DNA of 64,000 bases from NCBI RefSeq assembly GCF_000315625.1, contig NW_005434546.1, forward strand, positions 103,981 to 167,980. The letters run 5' to 3'. How positions within the stretch are numbered: position 1 is the stretch's first letter; every line of letters begins with the position of its first letter. The notes under the pieces were generated by a model. It was not told where the DNA came from, ran no database searches, and was given only the letters and a program-made list of their open reading frames with translations. Made by a program: the position numbers and the translations under genes. The stretch is from Guillardia theta CCMP2712 (lineage: Eukaryota; Protista; Cryptophyta). Of the stretch, positions 51,079 through 61,869 are shown in pieces.

Positions 51079-51493
51079 CAAGTTCCCCTCAAGGAGCACC
51101 CAGAGCTCGTCCTCCTCCTCAAGCCAGGGGAAGATCTGGCTACCCTGCTGAAGCTGCCCAAAGAGGAGCTGCTGGTTCGATGGGTCAACTTACATATGGT
51201 GAACGCCGGAAGTGACAAGATGCTGTCAGACTTCAGCAGCGATATGAAACACTTGACCACCTACACACGAGGCAAGTCCATCGACTGCTGGAGCACTGCA
51301 AGACACTGACAGCAGAGCCTCTGCTACAGGTAATGGAGAAACTCGTCAGTGGCACGACGGCAATGCCAAAACTCGTCCTGGAACTCGTATGGCAGCTAAT
51401 ACGGCATGATACGATGTCCCAGCTTGAGCTTTTGGGAGAAAGCTCGAAGCTCTCAGCCTCGGGCCTGGTCCAGTGGGTCAACGACAGGGTGTG
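51079..51493 (+). pseudogene. Fimbrin/plastin gene fragments (start of CH2; CH3-CH4 junction) with frameshift
   Basis: QVPLKEHPELVLLLKPGEDLATLLKLPKEELLVRWVNLHMVNAG...DFSSDMK, then HDGNAK / +1 frameshift near 51371 / LVLELVWQLIRHDTMSQL...LVQWVN. The intervening fimbrin sequence is missing. Confidence 0.8.
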
Positions 51494-52363
51494 ATGGCAG
51501 CATCATGCGAGTAGTCGCATGAGGCTACGCACGCTGACGAGATGTGTACTGGTCGTAGACGTACGTACAACACATTGATACAATGAAAGCATGAGGCTGG
51601 TACAAACCGGTACACATGTTTACTCATTGCTGTACGACGGGCACGAGCCAGACCTCGAAATATAAGCAATCCAACTTGGACCCTGCAAAAACAAATCTAG
51701 CTTCATTGCTCATCTGTTCACTCCTCAGTGCACTATCGCTCAGTTGTTGGACAATACCCGAATCAGGTTATCAAATGTTGCCATACCGCTTGCAATGGCC
51801 GCCAATCAATCAGCCTCGGGATTTGATGATTACAGCAGTAACTCCTGAGAAAGTGCATAGGCTCGCCCCAGACATCGAGAACTTTATACAGTACGAGTTG
51901 ATAGGGCAATACTATGAATACCTCAACTCTGAAGGGAAGCCAGAAAAAATGAAAGCCTACTTCCATTGTCATTCCCCATCAGAGAGACTCAGTGAGAAGA
52001 ATTACAGAAGAACATGAAACAGAAAATAAGAGAGTTTGTACGAGAAGCAGATGCTACTGTGACTCAAATCCTCCTCACTGTTTACATGCAATGTCCTGGG
52101 AGAATTCAGATTCTGAAAACTCGCATGGATGTTGTTGAGCCAGAGTCCAAAACACGCTGAGCGAAGGTATTAGAAGCGCGAAAAACTGCCCCTTGTGTTC
52201 CTTCTTGCAGGTTGAATGAGGAAGATGCTTTTCTCTTAGCACACAGGATAGCTTTCTGTCGAGTAAACTGATCAAGAATAAATACACATTCTTGAGGAAG
52301 CACTAGAGCACAAAAATCAAGTCCTCAACTGACCGACTGTTTGATTTGCACGCATCAATGTTG

Positions 52364-53758
52364 CTACACCATCAGCTCAATGCTTGCACAGTGACCTGCC
52401 CCTTCGTTCACAAAGAGCGGATGATGCGTCCTTACGTCCGCCATACAATGCTTGATCACACTCGCCAAGTGGGAAAGCCTGTCCTCTCCTACAGTGATTG
52501 ATTTCCTCATGAATACGATAGACTCCCTGGCAATGGCTACTCTTTTTGCTGCTTTCTCAGGGTCGTGCTGCTGCATTGAGGGAGGGAGGAATCTGTTCTT
52601 GTACAAGTGGTAGGATTCGGGCGAAGCTGATTCAAAGACAATAGTATAGCCGGAGTGTATGCCAGCATGATTCCAGCTCTTTTCAAGGAAGCATTTCAAG
52701 TAAAGCATGCGTTTTTCTTGCTCTGGACCGCCGCGTCGCTCCACCTTGATGTAAAAGATCGACTGGGCGTTGAACGAGCACAAGATGGATGAGACCCACG
52801 CAACCAACAGCTCATACTCGCTCATCGAGTTGACGAGGTCGTGGCAGAAGAATCGAGACAGGATCTCAGTGTGGTGACAGCCGAACAGGTCCGACATCTC
52901 GTCTCCTATCCTCAATCTCTTGCAGTTCAAATTCGAGTCAAACTCGACTGACAACCATCGTCCATGTCCCCATCGATCATTGCTTGCGATCGTATCAAAG
53001 CAGGCTATGTCCTCCTCATATGCCCCTGCATTAAACGTTTCTAACATCTTCGCTCGTTCGTTCTGCTGAAATCTGCTCACTCGGCCCAGTCCGCTCTGAT
53101 GGGTCAAGAGAGCCTGATATGCTGGGTTTTGTATCGAGCTCTTGGTGAGACCCTCGCGTATCAGTTCAACTAGTTCATCCACTGCAACTTTGAGGTCGAG
53201 CGGAAGGAGCTTGAAAGCTCTGAAGAGCATTGAGACGTCAAAGCCCAGCTCCCACAGAGGGCGTACAAGGCTGATGTTCACACCGCTGAAAGCGCAGGTA
53301 TCTTTCAATGCGCGCAGAGACGCTTCTTGGGCAAAAGCATCTGGGAAATAAGCTTCTCGTGCGTCGAAGATGCTGGTAGACAACGAGACATTGCACTCTG
53401 TCAGACATTTGTGGCTTGTTCCTGCCATGATGCACATCACACAAGGCCTTTCTTGGCTGCACTTCCGCTTCTTCAGCTTGCATTCTGCACAAGACTTGCG
53501 GGTGTATTTGGACCTCTTGTTTCGTGGACGATGATCGATATTGCTCTCAACTTCATGAGCTTGTCGCACAGAATGAGAACCTTCTATTAGGTTGACAGCA
53601 AGGCTTTGCGCAGCATGGCGGTTGACGCTTGAAAGTTTCGCGGCCATCTGATCGCACCACTCGTCGTAGTCTACACCAACAGGTTCAGGATGGCGTTCAA
53701 CAGGCAGACGCACCCTCTTACCGTCAGCATGACGCTTTGCACCAACCGCAGCAGACAT
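52364..53758 (-). CDS. Zn(II)2Cys6 binuclear-cluster transcription factor, single exon, 464 aa
   Basis: CAECKLKKRKCSQERPCVMCIMAGTSHKC (C-x2-C-x6-C-x5-C-x2-C-x8-C) at 53491-53405, preceded by a basic RPRNKRSKYTRKS. The ORF is uninterrupted. Confidence 0.92.
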   Translation of the reverse strand: MSAAVGAKRHADGKRVRLPVERHPEPVGVDYDEWCDQMAAKLSSVNRHAAQSLAVNLIEGSHSVRQAHEVESNIDHRPRNKRSKYTRKSCAECKLKKRKCSQERPCVMCIMAGTSHKCLTECNVSLSTSIFDAREAYFPDAFAQEASLRALKDTCAFSGVNISLVRPLWELGFDVSMLFRAFKLLPLDLKVAVDELVELIREGLTKSSIQNPAYQALLTHQSGLGRVSRFQQNERAKMLETFNAGAYEEDIACFDTIASNDRWGHGRWLSVEFDSNLNCKRLRIGDEMSDLFGCHHTEILSRFFCHDLVNSMSEYELLVAWVSSILCSFNAQSIFYIKVERRGGPEQEKRMLYLKCFLEKSWNHAGIHSGYTIVFESASPESYHLYKNRFLPPSMQQHDPEKAAKRVAIARESIVFMRKSITVGEDRLSHLASVIKHCMADVRTHHPLFVNEGAGHCASIELMV

Positions 53759-55629
53759 GGCAGATTTAGCAGAAAATTACTGCTACGATCGGGGTACTAG
53801 GAAAGTCGTACCACTGCATACGGTTTCGCTTGCACGGTTTTGGATTTGTTTGCTCCGGCTTGGCTTTCTTTTTCAGTCAATAAAGGAGATTGTACTGCAG
53901 GATATTGTGGTCGTAAGGAAGGAATAGGAAGCAGGGGTTTTTAATAATATTTTTAGAGGGGCATCAGCCCGTCAGGACGGTCCTCGTACTAATTTTTAAC
54001 TTAACTGTGAACTGGCACCCGGGCCGTAATAAGTCAGGCTCAGGGCGGCCGCTGCGGCAGACCGGGCCGCCGGGGCCGCCAGGGTTCTGAACGCCGGGTG
54101 GACGGTGCGGCCGCGCCCGGCCCGAGCCCGCCGGGGAGCCTCCCCGGCTGTCAGAGGCTGGTCACCAGTGCCGTTCACTTTCAGGCCTCAGGTTCGTTAA
54201 TTTGGCACTTAGATTTTTCGGTAGGGTCTTTTTTTTTTCTAGGCGTGCTATTTTGATAAATGAGTTAGAGACCCCACTTCATAGTACCCATTTGTTTTAG
54301 TTTATTTCAACAATCCTCTTTACAAGTTATTTTAACGGTAGTTACGGAAAGTACAGTACGGTACCGACACATACCCTATGGTACTACTTTCAATACCAGT
54401 TGCGCTTGAATCCTCCTTGCCTTGACGGACAATGGCGGCGCAATCGGGGCGGCCACCGTCGTCAAGGGCTGCCTCATCGCTCGGCATTGCCAAAAGGAGG
54501 AGATTGGAGCAAGAGAACAAGTTGATCCTCTTCATTCGCATGAGATACATCCAAGGGGCACCGTTGTTCCTTGCAGCAAATGCCTTCGATCATTCTGTGC
54601 ACTTTGAATTACTACACCACGTTGAAGGTTTAGACATGTCATTCAATCTGGTACCATGTCATGGTGTGAGGTTTACTGATGTCAATGGGAAATTTCGAAG
54701 TGGAATCATCCGAAATTGGAAAGGAAGAATGTCAACTTCTTTAACACTAGAAAACAAACTGATTTCTTCCGTCTCAACATCGATCTGCACAAGATTAGGA
54801 CTACGGTAGTATTGTTAATTGGTTTCGCAAACGTGGGAAGCCCTTCTTGAAACCCCGGATGAAAAGGCCAGTGCAGTTGGACCATCAGTACATCACTCTT
54901 ACAGAATCCTGTCATTAACAGAGAATTTCCTGTGCCTTTCAAGGATGAACCCTCCATGATAGAACCTGGATCAGGTTCGTTATATTTCGAGGGCGCACTG
55001 ACAGTCACCTTGAAACGAAATTGAAAACGAAATTAGAGGACGCAATACACATGCATCTCTTTCAAGTTCGAAAGAATGGTACGATTGTGCACGTTTCACA
55101 CAGAGATTTGGAGGCATCCAGATTGAACGCGACTTTAATTTACTTTGAAGGAGCTGCCACAACAAAGTGAAGTGTGCTCGAACCGAATTGTTGAATTTCT
55201 TCTTGTCATCTGCATTTCGTGAAGGTCCATCAGTGACTACCGCATGGACAGTGCATATCCCACACATGGTCAAGTTGCCCGTTAGATGCAGTAGCAGCTT
55301 CCTTCTTCTCCGAGTCCAATGTAGCTGTTCCCGATCATGGCAGCAGCTCGATATGCATCTCTTCCCTGAAGTTGATGTCGATGCTCGATGCACGACATGT
55401 TCAATAGTCAGGCTAGTTGAATGCCATATTTCTCGTAGAAATGTACAAACTGATCGCCCACATGCCCTGACATCATGCTGTGCAAATAGAAAGACTGCAG
55501 CAGTCTCGCTTGTCCGATTAATCTGACTAACTTGAAAGCAACACCCCTGACGTCTTCCTTCTCTTCAATTTCGAAATAGCTTCCTCCCAAAGAAGCTGTT
55601 TGGGCTGCAGGCATCGATGACAACAAGGA

Positions 55630-55800
55630 AACAGACTGAGAGTCACAGTGTAGTCCTCTACCTCCTCCTCGGTCTCCATCGTCCCTACCTCACAGGGGAT
55701 CAGGTCGTCTTCTTTGGCCCTTCCTGCCTTCATCCCATGGCCAGCGTAGAAGAGGACGACTAGCCTCCTCAGCTCTTGGTGCCAGCCTAGTCGCATCCCT
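55630..55800 (-). pseudogene. Second caspase-like (C14) fragment
   Basis: LVVLFYAGHG...DDLIPCEV...EVEDYTVTLS, with FYAGHG at 55751-55734. No downstream DAC/DSC catalytic motif is seen in frame. Confidence 0.55.
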
Positions 55801-56604
55801 GATAGCGTTCTCCAGCTCCCACCCCGGCTGCACGTACTTGTCCGCTCTAGTATGCATAGGCCGAACACCGGGGGCGGCTCCAGGAACAGAATCTCCGACG
55901 AGTCCTGATGGAGAGGAGACTGCCAGGAAGCCCGTTCCTCCAGCGCACAGTGACGGGATGCTGTTGAGGAAGCAACGTCATGCGACATAAATGACTGGTG
56001 GATGCTCATAACAGTGAGTATTCAGAACAGTGAGCATTGAGGGATTTCTCTGTGGATTCAAATATCCTCTGTGAGGAGATAAAAAGGGGGTAGGGTGGTG
56101 GAGGGGGGAACTTCTGTACCATGAAACCTCTCTTTTGTACCAATATGTTTTCATACAGTACAATCTATACTACCATGTATGTGATGGGTAAAACTAAAAT
56201 TGCAGTACCTCAGTCTAAAACCAAGGCGGGGGAAGGGTTCCACGCCAGAGGAATTCAAATCACCCCACCCCGCTTATGTCCAGTCTCTCTGCCCCTCGGG
56301 GGCCTTTGATCGGTGAAAACAGGGGGTAGTCAACAGGGAGTGTATATACGGACCCCATGTGAACCCCAAAAAAAGTAGGAAAAAAAAGACCAGATTTGCT
56401 AGGGGCTGCACATGGGTTTGTGAACGGCATGGGCCCGGCTCTTCGACTCAGGTCTCGGATGATCAGCCTGGCAGTCTTGTCATAGTACTACGTTGAAGAA
56501 CGGGTCAGGCCCGGGGCCGGGCTTACTACGGTCTGGCAAACTGATAAGATCCGGCCGCCCCGGGGCAACCCCGGCGCCACTCAGCCTCGGAAAGCCCGGC
56601 TTTT

Positions 56605-56644
56605 TAAACCCTTGAACCCTAAACCCTAAACCCGTAAACCCTAA
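56605..56644 (+). repeat. Interstitial telomere-like (TAAACCC)n degenerate repeat
   Basis: TAAACCC-TTGAACCC-TAAACCC-TAAACCC-GTAAACCC-TAA. A shorter copy, GGTTTAGGGTTTAGG, lies at 37643-37657. Confidence 0.7.
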
Positions 56645-57001
56645 CTTGACTCTAACTTAATAAAACCGGCCGGGTGGCAACGTGCCGGGCGGTGTTCCCG
56701 TCGTGCCTGATAGTCCTACTGATTTTTAACTTAACTTTGAGTAAAGAACTGATGGTAGCCCGGCGCGCCGGAAGTTCCGAGCCCGCCCGCCGGATCGGAC
56801 TTCCGGCCTCTGTCCGAGATTAGTTCGCCGAGGCCCAGTATCTCCGTGAACCCTGAACCCTACACACTCAACCCCTAATGTCACTACCGTACTGGCTGGC
56901 GTGTAGGGTCGGGTGGGCATTTCAGGGGGTAGGGTGATCACGAGACTTGCCGATGCTCAACCCATGGGCCGTGAACGGTGCCCGTGACAAGGGTCAGCAG
57001 C

Positions 57002-60000
57002 ATGCTGGGCAAATACAAGACAAGGGAAACCAAAATGAGATCAAGGGAGAGAAGAGGCAGGAGAGACGCTGACACACCAAAGGCAGCTGTACCATTGTTT
57101 CAGAGTCACAATCCCAGACATTTAATTGAATTTTCACGAGAGATCATAACAACATCCTTAAATCATGCTCGCTGCAAATTTCTACGATTGAGATGGAAGT
57201 CTACGCACATTGCTGACAATTTTGTTTGTGTTTGAAGGAAGGAAATATTTCGTGTCCGAGAACAAAGTCAGCTGAAAAAAAATATGGGAGATTCACACGA
57301 GGTGAATAATCTTCAGTGCTTTCAAGCCGAACATCCATGAAAATTAATGCAACAAAGCTTGATTGCTAATTGTCGTAGGGCCAACATCAAGCCTCACCGA
57401 CTCCAGCAGCGCCTGTTCAGTCATTTCTGGTTCGCCTTTGCTTGTTCTCTTGTAAACGTTTTGTGAGATGTATCTTCAGGACGACAAGGGAAAGAGCAGG
57501 TGAAAGATGAGAGATTTCTTGATGCAGAGAATCGTTCTAGATTTCTTGATGCAGAGAATCGTTCTAGATTTCTTCATGCAGAGAATCGTTCTAGATTTCT
57601 TCATGCAGAGAATCGTTCTAGATTTCTTCATGCAGAGAATCATTCTTGCCGTCCTCGAGATTGACGGAAGGATCAGGACAGACCTTCTTGCCGGGAGCAG
57701 CCAACCTGTGAAAGAACCGCCTCCTCCAGTGCGTGTTATTATAGTCGATGTGTGCTACTCACACCTGTCCAAGCAGTCTTTCATATTTCCTGAAACAGCA
57801 CCACGAGTATTTTCAAGTGTTTGTGTGATTTCAATGGTGATCATTTCTGTTGATCAGTCTTCATTCTCAAGTCCAATATCGCCTACGACATCTATCGAAT
57901 CTGAGAAAAGCTGGAGAGTTTCGGGTGTACCGAATGGGGTTGCCAAAGACATTGATGCTGAGGCCCTCCAATCTCAAGATGCAAAGCCCAGGTTCTTCTT
58001 GTTGCAATTATACATGCGTATCCCTGATATGACAAAAGGTATTCTACAACCATTACCAGCTCCCCAACAGCAGGCGTTCAAGAAATGTATGAAAATAGAG
58101 TGAGCTGAACGATTGTTTTGCGTTGAAGCGCTTGACTGTCATTGTAGTATAAGCTGCTGTTAGATGATAACCGTTTCCTTCAAGACAGTCTGAAGAGAGA
58201 GCAGCAGGTGTGAAAAGGAAAGTTTTTTGTGTTTGACATTTAGAAGGCGCGAGAGGAGATTGCAAAGTTGATGAGGGAAGAATGTGGAGGTTTGAGCCAT
58301 CAGATCAAGATGTGTATGGAGGAGAAACGGATCACTGAAAACAATCTTGCTGAAGCAAGATTGGAAATCGAAAGGTCAGCTTTCGATATGTTCTGCAGTT
58401 GTAGTGATTCGCGCCTCCACAGGCTGAAGGACTTCCAGCACACCCTCAAGGCAGAGGTTGATCTAAAGGATCAAAAGATTGGAGATTTGCTAGAGCGGAT
58501 CAAAGAGCATGATGCAGCTCATAATCTGATCGAGGAGGAGAAGTCTATGGTTTGCTTTTTTGGTGGTTGCTTTGACAAGAGTTTTACTCGTACAAGTTCA
58601 ACGCAGAACGTGATGAGCACAAAAAGAATCTCAAGGAGCTTCAGGACGAATTGATGGTTGAACGGAAAAAGTCTGATAGCTTCAGCTCAAAATGGATGGC
58701 TGAGAAGGAAATCAGTCATTCATTGTCCCTAAAGGTGACAATTAATCGCTTAATTCTAACTTATTCTGACGTCATGTGCAAAGATTGCGGAGTTACAAAG
58801 AGATCAATATTCTCATCAAGCTGAAATTCAAACGCTCAAACAGTCGTTGGTTGAAGTGAAGAACCAAGCTCGGGGAGACAAGTGCTCATAATGCACAATC
58901 GTTTATGTTTCACTGATTCCTGCTTTATTAGCTCAAGCTTTCGAGAAGACATTGAACAAAAATTGGAGCAGCAAAGGGAGATAAGCACACGGTGAATGAC
59001 AAACAAAATGCTATTCTGCCTCTCATAGAATTCAGACTACACAGTGAAATCCAGAGCCTGAGGAAGGAGAAGGAAGAATTGAAGGTAGAGGTCAATTTTC
59101 CTATGCACATTTGGTTTGAGCTATCTTTACGAATAGACCATGAACGAGAGGTTCAGAAGGCAAATCTCGCACGTGACTGAAGAATACAGTCAAAACGCGT
59201 CACGTGTCGACGAATTAGAGTCAAAGAATACTGACTTGAAGACGCGTAAATCAGATTTTCTCCTCGGTCTCATTCTAATTCTTTTGATTCTCTTTGTTCC
59301 TTGTTCACAGAGCTGCGTACATTGGATGATCAACTGAAGAGAATCTCAAGCGAAAAATCAAATTTGCAGGTGTACATTGCTGCATAATTTATGAGATTGA
59401 TTTGGAACCAGGAGTTGGTGTCATCGCTGAAGAAATCCAACATGAATTTCAGCACACACAATGAACAACTTCAGCAACGTGTCAAACAAATGAACGAGGA
59501 GCTCAGGATCAAACAGAATGAGTCCAGCTTTCTAATGCACAGCTCGAACGTATATGGACAGCAACAGGCGCAATCAGTCCAATCGTCGTATGGATATAAC
59601 GTACAGCACGGCCGAGGATCGCAACCTTTGCCTCAGACGGTCGCTCCTCCCGGATATCAAAACATGTCAAGCACGATGGATGGTGCTTCTCCCTCCCTCC
59701 ATCCGTTTGCGCAGGCCCCAAGCATCAGAGGACGCCCACCGGTCAGCCAATCTCAGGCGCCTGATATGAGGTTTCACATCGGAAAAAGCTTCGATCATGT
59801 CTATCACCTCAGGTCAAACGCAGACGGAGGGGGTCCATTCCCTCCTATCAACTACCGGTACGGTCTGAGCCCAATAGTTCAAACCGCAGGTCCACCATCA
59901 AGACCACCAGCAGGGCAATTTGTGCAACAAGCGTACGTTGCTGCAGAGGCGCATCCATCCTTCAAGCCGCTGCATGAGTTCACCCCAGATGACATCGCTG

Positions 60001-60038
60001 CGGTCGGGTATGACCCTCGATCAGTAATCGGGTGTTAG
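57002..60038 (+). CDS. Hypothetical multi-exon coiled-coil protein with Gln/Pro-rich C-terminus
   Basis: A series of short heptad-rich exons at 58245-59520 separated by ~50-bp GT-AG introns, with the last exon ending at TAG 60036-60038. The 5' part is uncertain. Confidence 0.6.
57512..57646 (+). repeat. 27-bp minisatellite, 5 copies (AGATTTCTT[G/C]ATGCAGAGAATCGTTCT)
   Basis: Direct reading of five tandem units; two carry G and three carry C at the variable site. Confidence 0.95.
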
Positions 60039-60046
60039 CATTATGT

Positions 60047-60116
60047 TTGTTGACTTGTTTGCGATCGATCGGGTGATTGGGTTGTTGACTTGTTTGCGAT
60101 CGATCGGGTGATTGGG
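60047..60116 (+). repeat. Exact 35-bp tandem duplication just 3' of the coiled-coil gene
   Basis: TTGTTGACTTGTTTGCGATCGATCGGGTGATTGGG occurs twice in tandem. Confidence 0.95.
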
Positions 60117-60249
60117 CCTCAGTTTAAATTCCAACCAGAATTAAGTACGACCATCAGTACAGACACTTTGTTCCCTTATTTTCCCTTATTTTGCTTCTTT
60201 AGCTCCTTCGGTCCCTATTTCAATTTTATTAGTCTCACAAGATTGCGAC

Positions 60250-61595
60250 AAGCAAACCGAGACGCACCTTGAGAAGGTTTCAAGTAGTTTGGGTTCAAGT
60301 GAAGTGGAAGCGTTTTGATCAACAACACATAGAACAGATTGAAGGTCCACATGACAAGATTTGTAAGCGCCACAAGCTTGTCAGGAAGACCGAAGCTGGT
60401 TTCGCTTAGAATGATGTTGACACAAAGCTGAATTCAAAACCTGTCCTCAAGGTACTCGGAGAAAAAAACCGCCATGTACCAGTCGCGCAACGACAGCAAG
60501 CGATAGCTAGGAAAACAGGAAAGATGAGATCAGGGCAGGCAGAAATTTTCACTTCACGTGTTGTAAGCGATGGGTGTGAGAAGTCGTACAGCAGTGGACC
60601 ATTTCAATTTGACCATCAACGTCTCCATCAACACCTTAGAGTAGGAATGAGCATCAGGGTCGTCGCAGCAAGAATCTCTGCCTGCGCCATGATCAAGTAA
60701 AGATGAGAGCCTGCAGCCTGTTGCCCATCAGACGCTTGTCACGTGTGCATCAGGAAAGATCGAACCATGACATGATCCTTGTTGCCTGCCATGATTGGAA
60801 GTCAACGCCCACGCGTTCGAATCGAGGATCACCTTGAAAGATCAGGAGCCACGGCAAGGGGATGGAGATGACTGCCATAAATTTGGCATATGTCGAGACC
60901 CAACGCTCGGGAAGAAGCGGCTTTACAGCCTCCTCTTGCTTGTAAACTGATTCACTTCATGTCAGCAGCTCCGGCGACATGCCTGGTCAACCTTTGGCGT
61001 TGAGGAGCCACGAGAAGCCGAACCAGAAGACGACAAACACCTGCAGCTATCAGACCCTCGGCTCAGGCTCCAGCTGACTCCTCACAAAGTTTTGCGGCTT
61101 GATGGCCGTAAAGACATAGTCCAACGAGAGCATGCTCCCCACGTAAATGGCGACCAGCAGCCCCTGGGCAGCTCTTCTGGCTCGCTGGACTGACTTGAGG
61201 GCCTGGCTGCTTGCTCGTTTCTCTACATCTTTCTGCCATGATGTCAGGCATCGCGAGAGTCTCTGAGGAGCGTGAGAGCGGAGGGAGGCATGCCAAGACT
61301 GACCCCAGGCTCTTGCGCTGTTCCTCGACGAACAGGCTGAGCTCGACAAGCCCGGCGAGAGGAGAAGGGCGGATGGCAGGGGAGAGGGAGAGAGGTGGGG
61401 GGGGTGAGAGGGGAGGATCTGAGAGGCGGAAAGTGCGTGTAGAGGGGAGCCAGTGAGGATGAAGCGAAGCCAAGGGAGGCTGCCATTGCTCCTTCCCTGG
61501 TCGGATTGAAGTTGAGTAAAATCTTTGGGAGAATGGCGAAGACGCGGGATAGGCAGCACATGCCCAGGGAGGAGGAGGAGGAGGAAACAGCACAT
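60250..61595 (-). CDS. Multi-pass membrane protein resembling an uncharacterised plant/algal family
   Basis: Exons give AAGSHLYLIMAQAEIL, AVRLLTPIAYNT, YRLLSLRDWY and LVALTNLVMWTFNLFYVLLIKTLP. These recall a conserved plant motif set (PHLFLL.../VR..VP..Y..RR....DW/LA.AN...W.FNLF.FL.P..LP). Boundaries are approximate. Confidence 0.55.
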
Positions 61596-61869
61596 GCTCG
61601 GGAGAAGGGAAGAATCCCTGCTTGTCCCTAGGCATGCCTTGCGTTGCTAATGATTCGAGGGGAACGCGGTGGGAGGTATAGCATACAGGCATAGAGGAGA
61701 TGCGAGGCTTCGATAGTGCTCACAATCACAGGCTTCACGCCGCGAGCGTGAGAGAAACTTTCCTCCCTATTTCCAATGCCAGAGTCGCCGATTACTGTCG
61801 ACGCTCGGCAGCGGTGCCTTCCTCCCTCCCGGGCTGCAGGCCAGTCACAGGCCCTGGGTTCTCAGCCAT

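Noticed and set aside
54225-56390. Possible terminal inverted repeats (GGTCTTTTTTTT ... AAAAAAAAGACC) around the decayed block
   Set aside because: The match is only ~12 bp and mostly homopolymer, with no target-site duplication seen.
57512-57646. Possible CRISPR array
   Set aside because: The units are directly adjacent with no unique spacers, the context is eukaryotic and no cas genes are present.
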